In this document: positions 62,937 to 64,000 of the stretch, one piece after another
Layout: each line of letters begins with the position of its first letter
How positions within the stretch are numbered: the stretch's first letter is position 1
Assembly: GCF_963921235.1 (NCBI RefSeq)
Contig: NC_086104.1
Coordinates: forward strand, 35,774,001-35,838,000
From: Mobula hypostoma
Lineage: Eukaryota
Reading direction: 5' to 3'
Length of the DNA stretch: 64,000 bases
The notes under the pieces: generated by a model
Database searches by the model: none
Told to the model about the DNA's origin: nothing
The model's input: only the letters and a program-made list of their open reading frames with translations
Made by a program: the position numbers and the translations under genes

Positions 62937-63178
62937 TTGACAGCACTGCTTACAAGAAGTTCTCTGAGAATTCAAACTCGGGTAGTAACTCCTGCCTGCC
63001 GGGCAATTTGCACGGACAGGCCCACTACCCAACACCTGCACGCCGACGTCACCGGACCACCTTCAGTCAGGAACAACTGGAACACCTGGAGGCTACTTTC
63101 AGTAAAAACCATTACCCAGACATCTACTGCAGGGAGGAGTTGGCAAAGATCACCAAACTGAATGAGGCACGCATACAG
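62937..63178 (+). CDS. PROP1: PROP1 exon 2 (paired-like homeodomain, helices 1-2 and start of helix 3)
   Basis: [46 protein letters not shown]; acceptor tttctgatttcag; phase-0 donor CAG|gtcaga at the conserved PRD-class Q|V intron position. Confidence 0.92.
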
Positions 63179-63289
63179 GTCAGAGCTAAGGGGATTCAAT
63201 TCGCAGAGCAAAGCTAAAATGCACAATGATGACTATGAGATGACTTTTTAAAGCAGCTTGTGATTTGAGCCACTAGGGGAATCACCTAA

Positions 63290-64000
63290 TGTCGATTGGA
63301 TGTGGTGTAATGAATCAGATTTGATGAGGGAGCCTAAGGTAGAGGAAACCTTAAGGAAGCAGTGTTCATAATGATAGAATTCACACTGCAATTTGAGAGG
63401 GAGAAGCTAAAGTCAGAGGTATCAGTATTACAGTGGAGTAGAGGAAGTTACCGAGGCATAAGAGATGAAGCAGCCGCTAGAAGGGATGACAGCAGAGCAG
63501 CACTAGCTTGAGTTTTTGGGAGAAATTTGGAAGGTTCAGAATAGATACATCTCAGAGAAAAAGGATCCTAAAGGTGGATAAGTCAAAGCCACATAAGAGC
63601 AAAAGAGAGAGCATATAATAGAGCAAAATATAGTCAGAAGTTAGAGGATTGGGAATCTTTTAAAACAGAAGGCAACTAAGGAATTCAAAAGGAAAGCATG
63701 ACATATAAACAGTAAAAAAAAAGAGGCGAGAATAGATAGTGAACTGCTGGAAAATGATGCTGGAGAGGTGGTAATGATGGACAAGGAAATGGCGGATGAA
63801 CTGAATAAGTATTTTGCACCAGTCTTCACGATGGAAGACACCAGCAGATGCTGGAAGTTCCAGAGCCAGGGGGCAGAAGTGTGTAGTTACCATTACTTTA
63901 GCATTATCATGGAAAAGGATAGAATCAGAGAGGACAGAAAAACTTTTAATTGGGGAAAGGCAAATTATGAGGCTATAAGGCTAGAACTTGCGGGTGTGAA
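63290..64000 (+). mobile_element. CR1 fragments in PROP1 intron 2
   Basis: HNDRIHTAI/EKLKSEVSVLQWSRG, ENDAGEVVMMDKEMADELNKYF; same family as 20799-21575. Confidence 0.8.

Noticed and set aside
62888-63217. 109-aa single ORF as a complete homeobox gene
   Set aside because: It starts at a GTG inside an intronic repeat and lacks WFQNRR; the real exon is bounded by splice sites at 62937-63178

Overview
Eukaryotic (vertebrate) genomic DNA. The repeat landscape of CR1, Neptune-type Penelope, Rex1/Babar, L1, Tc1, hAT and Ty3/Gypsy suggests a cartilaginous fish, probably a ray; this is inference. Most of the window is nested transposon debris. The only host gene I can support is the 5' part of PROP1 on the + strand: coding exon 1 at 50344-50455, a 12.5-kb intron, and homeobox exon 2 at 62937-63178. 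The two exons join in phase and recreate the STT-V-DST junction (TTT-V-DSS in human PROP1, from recall); exon 3 lies beyond the window. The most notable non-genic signal is a family of minimal type-I hammerhead ribozyme motifs (CTGAnGA-A-GGG..CCC-GAAA-CGTC) in the Penelope terminal repeats. These occur in ORF-bearing elements and in at least three ~200-240 bp ORF-less fold-back insertions with 13-14 bp target-site duplications. One fold-back lies in PROP1 intron 1 and carries a ribozyme motif on each strand. Also present: a triple-nested Rex/L1/CR1 insertion with a ~320-bp flanking duplication, two CpG-retaining AT-rich domains, and a candidate intronic CSL/SOX/paired-homeodomain enhancer. All family calls come from motif recognition by eye; no searches were run.
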